This document shows positions 48,217 to 59,039 of a DNA stretch of 64,000 nt, piece by piece. The position numbers and the translations under genes were made by a program. The stretch's first letter is position 1. Each line of letters opens with the position of its first letter. The notes under the pieces were generated by a model. It ran no database searches, was not told the DNA's origin, and worked only from the letters and a program-made list of their open reading frames with translations. Location: NCBI GenBank assembly GCA_016703105.1, contig JADJCS010000007.1:143810-207809 (forward strand), given 5' to 3'. Origin of the DNA: Flavobacteriales bacterium. GTDB lineage: Bacteria; Bacteroidota; Bacteroidia; Flavobacteriales_F; PHOS-HE28.

Positions 48217-49382
48217 ATGGAACCTGACCTGTCCCACATTCTTACCCATCTCGGCGAGGACCGCGAGCGCGGCTACGACGCGGTGGTGCCACCCATCGTG
48301 CAGAGCGGGAACTTCACGTATCCCACCGTGGCGGCGATGCGGGCCACGGTGCAGCAGGAGTTCGACAAGCCCCTTTTACACACGCGGCTTCAATCCGACC
48401 GTGGCGGTGCTGCGGAAGAAGATCGCCGCGCTGGAACGCGCCGAAGATGCGATGGTGTTCAGTAGCGGGAGCGCGGCCATAGCGGCGGCGGTGATCAGCT
48501 TCGTGAAGGCGGGCGATCACATCGTCTGTGTGCGCAAGCCCTACAGTTGGACGAAGAAGCTCCTGGCGGAACTCCTCTCCCGTTTCGGTGTGGATCACAC
48601 CTTCGTAGATGGCACCGATCCGGAGAACTACCGGCGCGCGATCCAGCCGAACACCAAGTTCTTCATCCTCGAAAGCCCGAACTCGCTCACCTTCGAACTA
48701 CAGGACCTGGCAGCGGTGAGCGCGATCGCGAAAGAGCACCGGATCGTTACACTTTGCGACAACAGCTTCAACAGCCCGCTGTTCCAGCGACCCATCGCGC
48801 ACGGCATCGACATGGTGGCGCACAGCGCGACCAAGTACTTGAACGGCCACAGCGACGTGGTGGCCGGCGTGCTCGCCGGAAGCCATGAACACATGCGCCA
48901 AGTCATGGCGAAGGAATTCATGACGCTGGGCGCGGCACCCTCGCCGCACGACGCCTGGTTGCTGATCCGTGGCCTGCGCACGCTGGAGCTACGCATGCAC
49001 CGCAGCGCCGATTCCGCGGAGAAGGTGGCGCGCTTTCTGGAAGGCCATCCGAAGGTGGCCCGGCGTGCACTGGCCGGGGCTGGAGAGCCATCCGCAACAT
49101 GTGCTCGCAAAGCGACAAATGGATCGCGTGGCCGGACTGATGAGCATTGAACTCGACGCACCCGATGAAGCCGCTGTGGAACGCTTCTGCGATGCGCTCA
49201 AGACCTTCCTGATCGCGGTAAGCTGGGGCGGGTACGAAAGCTTGCAGTGGCCCGTGTGCGCACTGAAGGGACCCAGCGGTTACTATACTGACCTACCCTT
49301 CACCATGGTGCGGCTCTACATCGGCTTGGAGGATCCCGATCTTCTCATCCGGGACCTGGAGCAGGCCTTGGCGCGGATCTAA
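48217..49382 (+). pseudogene. PLP-dependent Cys/Met-metabolism enzyme (cystathionine gamma-synthase/beta-lyase family) split over three frames
   Basis: Conserved blocks 'FNPTVAVLRKKIAALE', 'SATKYLNGHSDVVAG' (PLP-Lys), 'YPGLESHPQHVLAKRQM' lie in successive frames. Breaks at C-runs ~48370-48373 and ~49040-49042. Confidence 0.75.
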
Positions 49383-49580
49383 AGGCGCACTCGCGCAGAA
49401 GTCGCCGCACAGATCGAGAACCGACGCGATGTGGAGATGGCTATTGTGATCGAGAGGAACGATGCTGTGTAAGCCAACAGGGCACTTGTCATGGACACTT
49501 CAAGGTAACTGGACCGTTCGGTCGGGTAGCTGAACTCCATGGGAGAAATACCGGCAACGTTCAGATTCCTGCCTCCAAGG

Positions 49581-52019
49581 TCAGAACGTCGCTCGCAAGG
49601 CGACTATGAAGTTCCTACCCGGCGAAGTCATGCCGGACGAGTAGGTTCGATAGCGCGCATCGAGCACATTCTCTACGCCCACCGAAAGCAACACCGCGGG
49701 TGTCACACGGATGCTCCCTTTCACATCCAGCACTTGCCAAGGCGGGCAGAACGGGTCACCCGCAGCATCCAGTGCGTAAATGGGTTTGTCCTTCTCGGTG
49801 GGAGCCAGTTCCTCAGTAGTGAAGCCATCACTGAAAGAGAAGAGCGCCCGCAGATCAACGCGCCCATGTGCCCAGCGTAAGCCGATCCGCCCGAAGGATG
49901 GGGGTGAATGACGCAGCGGTACTACGCTCACTCCATCCTCCGCATCCTCCGAACCTGACTGGCCCGTGTACCGGACCTCTGCGGAGAAACCCGCGAACAA
50001 TATCGCTTCCATGGAAAAGGTCCCGCCCCATACGCGGGCTTGCGCGACGTTCTGGATCGCATCCACGCGGCTCAGGGAGCCTTCATAGAAAATGCTGTCC
50101 GCACCGTTCAGATCATAAGGCCTGCGCACCATGACATCGTCCACGAGGATGTAGAAAAGTGAACCGCTCAGCTTGACACGGTCCAGGATCGTCTTCTCCA
50201 CGCTCAACTCCGCACTATAGGCATACTCCGGTCCGAGATCCGGGTTGGGCACGATCACTGTGCCGGGCTCATTGGAGAACACCTTACCCACGTCATCTAT
50301 GTTCGGGGAACGGAAGCCCGTGCTCAGGTCGATCGCGAGTTTCCATGCGGTCCCCGGTCGCCACGCAGCGCCCATGTTGCCGGTGAGCGCGCCATTGTTC
50401 AGCGAAGTATGCGTGGTCGGATAAGGGAACAGCGTCGTATCGAAAGTCGCCTCAAGACCCGAGCGGCTGTAACGCGCTCCTGCGGAAAGCGTGAGGCGTT
50501 GCGTCAAGTCAGCCATCGCGCCGACATACACCGAACCGGTCCACCACGTCGATCCATCGGGATAACGCGCATTGATGTTCTGATAGGCATCGTCCACCGT
50601 CTCATGCTGTGCCGCGTGGGAACCGACCAGGTTGTGGATGGCCTCCGCGCCGTAGAGCAGTTGAACACGCTTGCCGAGGAACTTCTGCAGATCGAGGTTC
50701 AGCCAAAGACCATCGACTTGTTCCTTCTGAAGAGTGATCTCTGTTTGTCTGAACCCGCGTTGTGTCCGGCTTTCGTCATACCGCTGGGAAGCGATCACGA
50801 GATGCGCCTTTGTCCATGGGCCACGTTTCGCGATGTGGCTTACCTCACCGCTGATCATCCGCCAGGCCTGTGGCCCGTAGTTCCACACCGCCCACCGCGC
50901 TGATCCATCGCCCCGTGCTGTGATCATCGCGTCATAGCGCGGATGATCGCTGGTTGTGGTGTAATAGCCGTTGAGCCCGACCTCCAGCCCGTGGATCGGA
51001 CGGTAGGCGAGCTTCGCCATGTAGGCGTAGTTCTCGAAGGCCGTTCCCATTTGGAGCTTGGGATCCACGTTCACCACCTGGCTATCCACCCCGTTGAACG
51101 TTCTGACGTACCACGGGCGCAAGTAGTCATCCAAGCCATCGGAGCCCATGCGCAGATCGCCGTACCCGGTAAGCGAAGCACTACCGACGAAGGCGAACTT
51201 GCGCGAACCGATGCCGAGGTCCACATGCCCCGCTAGCTCGTTCGCTGCGCTTGCCGATCGCAGATAGCTCGTACCGCGCACCAGCAAGCCACTGTCCGCA
51301 CTGAAACCTGGCCGCAGCAGCCGGAAGTCCATAACCCCACCGATGGCGTCACTACCATAGGTCATGGCCCCTGGCCCGTATACCACTTCGGCATGCTCCA
51401 CCGCGTGTACGTCCACGTTGATCACGTTCTGCAAATTGCCAGCGCGGTAGATGGCGTTGTTCATCCGCACGCCGTCCACGACGATGAGCACGCGGTTGGC
51501 CGCGAAGCCGCGCAGCATGGGACTCCCCCCGGCCTGCTGTGTCTTTTGCACGAACACCTCCCCGCTTTGCTGCAGCAGGTCCGCGCTAGTACCCGGGTTG
51601 TGGAACGCAACATCCGCCGCGCGCATCACGGTGATCCGATCCGGTACCCGTGTACCATCCTGCTCCCAGCGATTGGCGCTCACCACCATTTCGGGCATCT
51701 GGAAAGGAACGACCACCAGGGCCACCCGATAGCCACGACGGACCACGTCGTCCCAAGCGATCCGCACTACAGGATGGCCTGGAACGATGAACGACAAAGT
51801 GTCCGATCCCAGGTCCGCGACGACCCTCACTTGCCCGTTCACGTTGGTCGTACCGAGAGGCCGGCTGAACTTGGCGAGGACCTGAACGCCCTCCAATGGG
51901 CGGTCCGCACCCTCCTCCACCACGGTGATGGTCTGCGCCTGTAGCAGGAGCGTCCCCGCCAGGGTGCAAAGGGAACATATGACGCTGCGAAGCACCACGG
52001 CCCAACAAATGAAACGCAC
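49581..52019 (-). CDS. TonB-dependent receptor (intact)
   Basis: Signal peptide, plug domain, 22-strand barrel pattern, C-terminal '...ALRATF'. 812 aa; GTG start. Confidence 0.9.
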   Translation of the reverse strand: MRFICWAVVLRSVICSLCTLAGTLLLQAQTITVVEEGADRPLEGVQVLAKFSRPLGTTNVNGQVRVVADLGSDTLSFIVPGHPVVRIAWDDVVRRGYRVALVVVPFQMPEMVVSANRWEQDGTRVPDRITVMRAADVAFHNPGTSADLLQQSGEVFVQKTQQAGGSPMLRGFAANRVLIVVDGVRMNNAIYRAGNLQNVINVDVHAVEHAEVVYGPGAMTYGSDAIGGVMDFRLLRPGFSADSGLLVRGTSYLRSASAANELAGHVDLGIGSRKFAFVGSASLTGYGDLRMGSDGLDDYLRPWYVRTFNGVDSQVVNVDPKLQMGTAFENYAYMAKLAYRPIHGLEVGLNGYYTTTSDHPRYDAMITARGDGSARWAVWNYGPQAWRMISGEVSHIAKRGPWTKAHLVIASQRYDESRTQRGFRQTEITLQKEQVDGLWLNLDLQKFLGKRVQLLYGAEAIHNLVGSHAAQHETVDDAYQNINARYPDGSTWWTGSVYVGAMADLTQRLTLSAGARYSRSGLEATFDTTLFPYPTTHTSLNNGALTGNMGAAWRPGTAWKLAIDLSTGFRSPNIDDVGKVFSNEPGTVIVPNPDLGPEYAYSAELSVEKTILDRVKLSGSLFYILVDDVMVRRPYDLNGADSIFYEGSLSRVDAIQNVAQARVWGGTFSMEAILFAGFSAEVRYTGQSGSEDAEDGVSVVPLRHSPPSFGRIGLRWAHGRVDLRALFSFSDGFTTEELAPTEKDKPIYALDAAGDPFCPPWQVLDVKGSIRVTPAVLLSVGVENVLDARYRTYSSGMTSPGRNFIVALRATF

Positions 52020-52105
52020 TGGCCCGGATGTAACGAGTACACCCGGGCCAGCTTGTTGCGCGCCGCGAGAACGTCAGAACGAAGCGCGCAATATGTGTGC
52101 GGTGA

Positions 52106-52639
52106 TCACATGGTCTTCCGCATTCGCTTCGGCCCGTACCAGAGCCAGAAGCCAGTGATCGTGAAGGTCACCAATGCCGTACCCATGACGCTCGTGTAGA
52201 CGAGTTTGAACCATTCGCCTTTGATGCCGAAGAGATGGTCCACGATGGAACCGTCATGCACATTCTCGATGAAGTCCGATCGGCGCCGTTCAATATGCAA
52301 AAGCTCTCCGGTTGTGGCATCCAACTGGATCCCCCAGAAGTGATCGAGGAAGACGAACTTGACCATTCCCTTCTCTGGCCGCACATCGATGCGCTCAAGA
52401 TCGAGGGCGAGCGTGGAAGAGATCGAATCATGCAATATGCGGCAAGCGTTCCGGTGCAGGCTGGTGATCGGCAACCAGTTGGCCATATCTGTGGAGGCGC
52501 CTGTGTAGGACTTCGGTAGGATAATGCCGTTGCTATGTTTCTTCCAACCCAACAGAAGACCGGTGCCAGCGACCACGAAAAAGAAAGCGAAGAGGCACGC
52601 GCCGGTGATGCGGTGGACCTTGCGAAAGGTCCGCAACAC
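52106..52639 (-). CDS. PepSY-associated TM helix protein
   Basis: 'RKVHRITGACLFAFFFVVAGTGLLLGW' PepSY_TM N-terminal motif. Start approximate (non-ATG). Confidence 0.5.
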   Translation of the reverse strand: MLRTFRKVHRITGACLFAFFFVVAGTGLLLGWKKHSNGIILPKSYTGASTDMANWLPITSLHRNACRILHDSISSTLALDLERIDVRPEKGMVKFVFLDHFWGIQLDATTGELLHIERRRSDFIENVHDGSIVDHLFGIKGEWFKLVYTSVMGTALVTFTITGFWLWYGPKRMRKTM

Positions 52640-52731
52640 ACGCGCCTGGCGCCTCCTGGGGGTCTGAACATCAGGGTGAGAGGGTCGGTGGGGGCCGCAG
52701 AGCCCCACCTCGATCCGCCTGGGTCTCGTGA

Positions 52732-55184
52732 TCAGAACGAAGCGCGCAATGCCAGTAGGAAGTTGCGTCCCGGCGCCGTGATACCGGATGAGTATGGCCG
52801 GTAGCGCTGGTCGGTGATGTTTTCCACGCCGGCCGTCACTTGCAAGGCCTTCACGATCTGATAGCTCCCCTTGAAGTTGAGGGTGTACCAACTAGGCGCA
52901 TAGGGATCACCGTTGTCATCCAAGGCATAGATCGGCGTCTTGGCCTGCTCGCTGGGTGCCAGGTCATCAAAGGTGAATCCCGCGCTGAAGTCCGCGTACA
53001 GCCTGAGCCGGATCTTCTTGCGTTCCCAACTAAGCCCTGCGCTGCCGAACGCGGGCGGGCAGTGCCGGAGGGGAACGTCGATGATGTTATCGTCATCCTG
53101 CTCCACGCCATCCTGCCAGTTGTAACGTGCATCGAGCCCGATACCAAGCCCAAGTTTCGCGTCCACGGCGATCAAGAAACCCAGCACGGTAGCCTGCGCG
53201 GCGTTCTGGATCGCATCCACTCGGCTCAACTCACCATCGTACATGATGCTGTCCTGCCCATTGAGTTCGTAGGGACGCCGGACCATTGCGTTGTCCAGCA
53301 GGATGTAGTACCCGTTCGCACGCAACCGCACGCGATCCCAAGCACCTTCTCGATGCCGATCTCGGCGGTATAGGCATACTCCGGTCCGAGTTCCGGGTTC
53401 GGTACGATCACCGCGCCCGGTTCACTGTCGAACACCTTGCCGATGTCATCGATGTTGGGCGAACGGAAACCCGTGCTCAGATCCAGCGAGAATTTCCAAG
53501 CCGTTCCAGGGCGATAGGCCAGGCCAAGGTTCCCGGTGAGCGCATTGTTGTTCAAGCTCGTCGCGGTAACGGGATAGGGGAACAACGAGGTGTCGAACGC
53601 GCACTTCAGCGCCGACCAATTGAAACGCGCACCGCCGGATAGGGTGAACCGCTCACTGGGATCGCGCATGGCGCCGACGTAGACCGAGCCCGTATTCCAA
53701 GAGGAACCATCGGGATAGCGGGAATTGATGACCTCGAACTCGCCGTTCTCCTGATCCACGCGTTGCCGGGTGGACCCTACGTCGTTGGTGACGAACTCGG
53801 CTCCATAGAGCAATTGCGTGCGAGCCCCAGGTCCTTCTGCAGGTCGAGATTGCCCCAGATGCCGGATACCTGTTCCGCCTGCGTGCGGAGCCGTGAGTTC
53901 CCGAAATTCCGATCGTTCCGGCTCTCCTCATAGTCCTGGTAAGCGACGGTGAGGCGTGCCGTGCTCCATGGACCACGCTTGGCCTGATGCTGAATACGCA
54001 AGCTGCCCATCAGCCAGTCCTGCGGTCCATAATACCACTCAGCGGAGCGCGGAGCGTCGTTGCGCAGTTCGATGAGCCTGTCGTAGCGCGGCACATCACT
54101 GGTCGTGCTGTAGTAGAAGTTCGCCCCGATCTCCAGCGATGCGACTGGGCGATAGGCGAGCTTGCCCATGAAGTTCATGTTGTCATAGGCGCTTCCCACT
54201 TGGAGTTCGGGATCGCTATTGATCACCATGCTATCCGCACCATTGATCACCTCGGAATACCAGGGGCGCAGATAATCGTCGGGGCCTTGTGTGCCCATGC
54301 GTAGATCCCCGAACCGAGTGAAGGAGGCGCTACCCACGAAGGCGAGTTTGCGTCCACCAAGGCCGAGGTCGAGATGCCCTCCGTACTCGCTCGCAGCGGA
54401 ACCATATCGTGCTGCGGCTCCTCCTCGGAACAACAGCGTGCTGTCCGCACTGAACTTGGGGCTCAAAAGGTGAAAGTCCATGACTCCACCGATGGCATCG
54501 CTTCCGTAGGTCATGGCCCCCGGGCCATGGATCACTTCGGCCCGTTCCAGTGCGTACGGATCGGCGCTGATCACGTTCTGCAGGTTCCCTGCCCGGTAGA
54601 TGGCGTTGTTCATACGCACCCCGTCGACCACGATCAGCACACGGTTGGCCGCGAAGCCTCGAAGCATAGGACTGCCTCCACCCAATTGGCTTTTCTGCAT
54701 GAAAACCTCTCCGGTCTGTTGGAGCATATCGGCCGCGGTGCCGGGGTTGTTGAACACGATATCGCGCGGCTTGATCACAGTGATCTGATCGGGCACACGG
54801 TCCGCTTCTTGTTCCCAACGGTTGGCGCTGATGACCACTTCGTTCAATGGGAACGCCGCAGCGGTAAGCACGATGCGGTTCTCGCTCTTGGCCAAGTCGC
54901 CAAAGGCCACGGTGTTGGGCCCATAACCGAGCAGGTGGAGATGCAGACTATCCGAGCCCGCGAGGGATGCGATGGAGGCGCGACCGCGTACATCCGTCAG
55001 CACAGGGGCATTCGCATCGGCTCCTGTAATGGAGACCCCTCCAGGGGTCGGTCCGTATCCTGATCGACCACGGTTATGGTCTTGCGCATTGAGACGCCAC
55101 CGCAGCGAACGTCAATAGGACGATGATGGTCCTTGATGTGATCATGTGAAAGGTGAAAGAATGGACCAAGGAAACCCACATCAT
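52732..55184 (-). pseudogene. TonB-dependent receptor paralogue with >=4 frameshifts
   Basis: The signal-peptide frame, the 82-aa fragment, and the 408-aa, 195-aa and 199-aa ORFs are collinear with the intact receptor at 49581..52019 but lie in different frames. Confidence 0.8.
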
Positions 55185-55535
55185 GACCTCCCCTTAGGAG
55201 GACACGACATCGCCGCCCGACCTTGGTGAAAAGGCGGCTATGCAAGCAGATCGATGATCAAGCCTTGGGCGGGGGCACCTGCACATTGCGGACACCGCTC
55301 AACAGCGTGGCCCGTTCACAGGGATACCGAACGGACATCGGGGTTCGAACCGGAGAGAAGCTGAAGGGGGCTTCGTCGGGGACCGCTTTGCAGAACGCCA
55401 GGATGTGGCCGGTTTGCTGGCGCCCCATGCCCCGTGTACCCATCGCCAGGTCAGTGGGAAAGACGGCGCATGGCGCGCCAAGATAACAGGTCGACGTCGG
55501 TCCTTTTGGCGCTCGGAGGACAACGGCCGCTCTGT

Positions 55536-57731
55536 TCAGGGATCGGTCGGGTTTGCGGCCCGGATATCAAGCACCGCACGGGCAGCAGCGTGCCCGTGAT
55601 CGAGAAGCCGCTCCAATTCAGCGGCACGCTCTATCGGTACGATCAAGTCGTTCACTTGGAGGGCTGACCGCAATAGGACCTGCCGTTCGTCGATCCGATC
55701 AAGGTTGCACCTGTACTGCGTACTTCCGCAGGTATCCACGCCGACAATGGCGGATCGAAGGTCCACATCCACGGGCCGGTCGAAACCCACCTGGATCGAC
55801 AGTTCATCACGCTGCGCGAAATCCCAATGGAACGGAAGATCACGACCCGCCGCTCGAAACCCCTCGGGCAGGGCATGCTCCAGAAGACCCGAGAGATCGA
55901 GTTGCCAGGTATCCTCACCGGTGGCAGAGAGAGCCTGCGATAGATCGAGCTCCATCTCAATGGCCTGCCGGAAGGGCGGGTCGGTTTGCAGTGGGGCCAT
56001 CCGCTGGTCGATCAACCGGGCATGGGGTGAATGGTCCGGCCGATGACCGTATGCGGGGAGCACTGTGCTATCCACTTCATTGAACAAGTAACTGGCGCGC
56101 CCAAGTGTGCTGAACTGACCCATGAGGAGAACGCGCACGTGAACATGTACGGTGCGTTGCGCGAGGTCCACCTCCATATCGAAATGGACCTCACGCACAT
56201 TCTCATATGGGGGTGCAATGGGCAGGTCGGTGAAAACCGGATGCACCGGCCCATCGCTCACAAGCAGCCCCAAGTTGTTCAACAACGCGGATGTCCCTTG
56301 CCAATAGAAAGGGAACTCGTTCGCCATAAGACCCGACCGGGAACACTTGGGGTGCATCCACAGAAGGCCATCACCATCGCGCACCGCGAGGAGGAACTCG
56401 TTGCCCCAAAGCGGGGATATGTAGCGATCGTCCATTCGACCCACGCGCGCATCCAAGACGTAGGCCGAGGTGTAATCCACGAAATAGTGGTCGATGATCT
56501 TGGCATAGAGATCATACCGGCTGATGGCCCGTAAGCGGCTCTCGTTCACCTGGTCCCCCATCCGCGGTCGGCCCGTCCAGTGATCATTGTCGTACCAGGC
56601 ATTGTCCGGTTCGAAAGTGAACCTTGTGGCGATCCGTTCGTGGATCCGTTCGATGCGCCGAGCGACCGGTTCTTGTCCCTGGCCAAGGGTTGTGGATCGT
56701 ATGAAGTCCTTGAGCAGCTCGTTCTGATGATCGGGTACGTTCTTGCGCGCCACCTGCTTCCACCAGAGCGCCTTGTCCTCTCGCTCACGCAGCACATACA
56801 TCCAATACGGCTGCTGAACAGGGATACCACTGAGGTGGTCACGTCGCCAGTAACGTGGGTCATCCGGTTCGAGGCGTACCACGATGTGGGGTAAAAGATC
56901 GGCCGGGCGTGCGTTCACTTCATCCATACAAGCGGGCAGATCCTCCATGTGCCAAGTGCATCGTATTTCATCGCCTTCCTCCTGGCGCTCGGTGGCAGGC
57001 CAACCCATGAGCACAAGGCCATGCTTGCGATGGTACACGATCTCGGTGCGCTGAGCCCTGATGGGCAGTGTCCCATGGAAGAAGACCCGCCAACTGGTAA
57101 GCCGGGACCAATTGTCCACCCAATAGCGTGCGCGCCATCCGTAGCTCCGCGGTGCGTTCAGATCGTACGGCACCATATATTTCCATCGGAACTCGACCAC
57201 GTCGCCCGTGCGGATCCCCGCTACATCGAGCAAGTAGCTCCATGCTTCTTCGTTCGTGATCGGGGTCCGCACCTTGGCGCGCTGCACGCTTCCCGTAACG
57301 TGAAGTTCCTCCCATGATCCGTCTGGGCGCACGACCCGGGCCGCGAAAAGATCCAACCGGACGTTGAACCAAAGGGGATGCGCCTGCCCGTTCGGATCCG
57401 CTGGACCTGAAAGTTGACGATCGGAAAGGGGATCCAAACTCTCTGGGACAGTGACATGCCCGAAGGCCCGGATGCTCGCCTGATCGGTGAAGCGTATTAC
57501 CCTACGCCGCTCGAAGAACACACTGAGGAACTCCGGTTTGATATTGCGCAGGCGGATGGACAAGGCCTCGTCCAAGATCTCCGGACCAGCCGCTATGCCG
57601 ACCGACCAGGACGGATCCCAGGCGGGATCCACACTCCAGTCATACTGCGCGCGGAGAATGGATAGATCTTGGGCCTCGATCGCGCTCATCAGCACGATCG
57701 CGAGGATGGCCGATGTGCAACGCGGGAACAC
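55536..57731 (-). CDS. large secreted hypothetical protein
   Basis: 731-aa ORF, signal peptide MFPRCTSAILAIVLMSAIEAQ (GTG start). No family assigned. Confidence 0.5.
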   Translation of the reverse strand: MFPRCTSAILAIVLMSAIEAQDLSILRAQYDWSVDPAWDPSWSVGIAAGPEILDEALSIRLRNIKPEFLSVFFERRRVIRFTDQASIRAFGHVTVPESLDPLSDRQLSGPADPNGQAHPLWFNVRLDLFAARVVRPDGSWEELHVTGSVQRAKVRTPITNEEAWSYLLDVAGIRTGDVVEFRWKYMVPYDLNAPRSYGWRARYWVDNWSRLTSWRVFFHGTLPIRAQRTEIVYHRKHGLVLMGWPATERQEEGDEIRCTWHMEDLPACMDEVNARPADLLPHIVVRLEPDDPRYWRRDHLSGIPVQQPYWMYVLREREDKALWWKQVARKNVPDHQNELLKDFIRSTTLGQGQEPVARRIERIHERIATRFTFEPDNAWYDNDHWTGRPRMGDQVNESRLRAISRYDLYAKIIDHYFVDYTSAYVLDARVGRMDDRYISPLWGNEFLLAVRDGDGLLWMHPKCSRSGLMANEFPFYWQGTSALLNNLGLLVSDGPVHPVFTDLPIAPPYENVREVHFDMEVDLAQRTVHVHVRVLLMGQFSTLGRASYLFNEVDSTVLPAYGHRPDHSPHARLIDQRMAPLQTDPPFRQAIEMELDLSQALSATGEDTWQLDLSGLLEHALPEGFRAAGRDLPFHWDFAQRDELSIQVGFDRPVDVDLRSAIVGVDTCGSTQYRCNLDRIDERQVLLRSALQVNDLIVPIERAAELERLLDHGHAAARAVLDIRAANPTDP

Positions 57732-57734
57732 GAC

Positions 57735-59039
57735 CTACTTCTTTCTCATAAAGATACGGATGGGTACTCCAGTATACGGGAAGTGGTGGCGGATCTTGTT
57801 CTCTAAGAACCTCAGGTAAGGGCCCTTCACGTATTGCGGCAGGTTGCAGTAAAAAGCGAACGAGGGTACGACCGTAGGCAATTGGTTCACGAACTTGATA
57901 CGGATCACCTTGCCCTTGTTCATGGGCGGCGGCAGCCGCTCGATCTCCGGGAGCATGATGTCGTTCAACTTCCGCGTGGGGATCTTCCGCCTGCGGGCCT
58001 CCCACACTTCCATGGCCTGCTCCATCACCTTGTGGATACGCTGCTTTTCCAGCACCGATGTGAACACGATGGGCACATCGTTGAAGGGAGCGAGCCGCGC
58101 GCGGATCTGGGCCTCGAACTCCTTGGCGCTGTTGGTCTCTTTCTGCACCAAGTCCCATTTGTTCACCACCACCACAAGGCCTTTGCCGTTCTTCTCGATC
58201 ATGGAGAAGATGTGGAGGTCCTGTTGATGGACCCCTTCGGTGGCATCAATGAGCAGAAGGCACACATCGCTATCCTCGATGGCGCGGATGGAACGGATCA
58301 CACTGTAGAACTCGATATCCTCATCCACGCGCTGGCGTTTGCGTATGCCTGCGGTGTCCAGAAGCACCACATCGAAGCCGAACACCGTGTAGCGCGTGTT
58401 GATCGGATCGCGCGTGGTGCCGGCGATCGGCGTCACGATATTCTGCACGCGGCCCAGTAACGCGTTAACGAGAGAGGATTTCCCTACGTTCGGGCGACCC
58501 ACGATCGCGAGCTTCGGCACATCGGGCAGGGCCTCCTCACTGGGTTTGGTGAAGCTGGCTACAAGTGCATCCAGGAATTCGCCGGTACCCGCTCCGCTCT
58601 GTGCGCTGATGCAATAGACCTCGCCCATGCCGAGCGAATAGAGTTCAGCGGCGGCGTACTGCTTATCGTTCGTGTCCACCTTGTTGCCCAGCAGAAGCAC
58701 CGGTTTACGCGCTTTGCGCAACATGCGGACGATGGCTTCGTCCAATGCGGTGAGGCCGGTCATTACATCCACCATGAAAAGGATGGAATCGGATTCATCG
58801 ATGGCCAGTTCCACCTGACGACGGATCTCTTCCTCGAACACGTCATCACCACCGGGAACGTAGCCTCCCGTATCGATCACACTAAAGACGGTGCCGTTCC
58901 ATTCGGCCTTGCCGTAGTGCCTGTCACGCGTGGTGCCGGCCGTGGGGTCCACGATGGCCTCCTGCCGTTCGGTGAGCCGGTTGAAGAGCGTACTCTTTCC
59001 GACGTTCGGTCTTCCGACGATGGCGACGATGTTGCTCAT
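57735..59039 (-). CDS. der: ribosome-biogenesis GTPase Der (EngA), tandem GTPase domains
   Basis: Two G-domains ('GRPNVGKST', 'GRPNVGKSS') and a C-terminal KH-like domain. ATG at 59039 overlaps the era stop. Confidence 0.9.
   Translation of the reverse strand: MSNIVAIVGRPNVGKSTLFNRLTERQEAIVDPTAGTTRDRHYGKAEWNGTVFSVIDTGGYVPGGDDVFEEEIRRQVELAIDESDSILFMVDVMTGLTALDEAIVRMLRKARKPVLLLGNKVDTNDKQYAAAELYSLGMGEVYCISAQSGAGTGEFLDALVASFTKPSEEALPDVPKLAIVGRPNVGKSSLVNALLGRVQNIVTPIAGTTRDPINTRYTVFGFDVVLLDTAGIRKRQRVDEDIEFYSVIRSIRAIEDSDVCLLLIDATEGVHQQDLHIFSMIEKNGKGLVVVVNKWDLVQKETNSAKEFEAQIRARLAPFNDVPIVFTSVLEKQRIHKVMEQAMEVWEARRRKIPTRKLNDIMLPEIERLPPPMNKGKVIRIKFVNQLPTVVPSFAFYCNLPQYVKGPYLRFLENKIRHHFPYTGVPIRIFMRKK

Noticed and set aside
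48214-48217. SAM or other riboswitch upstream of the Cys/Met PLP enzyme
   Set aside because: There are only 3 nt between the VOC gene stop and the next start, leaving no room for a leader element.
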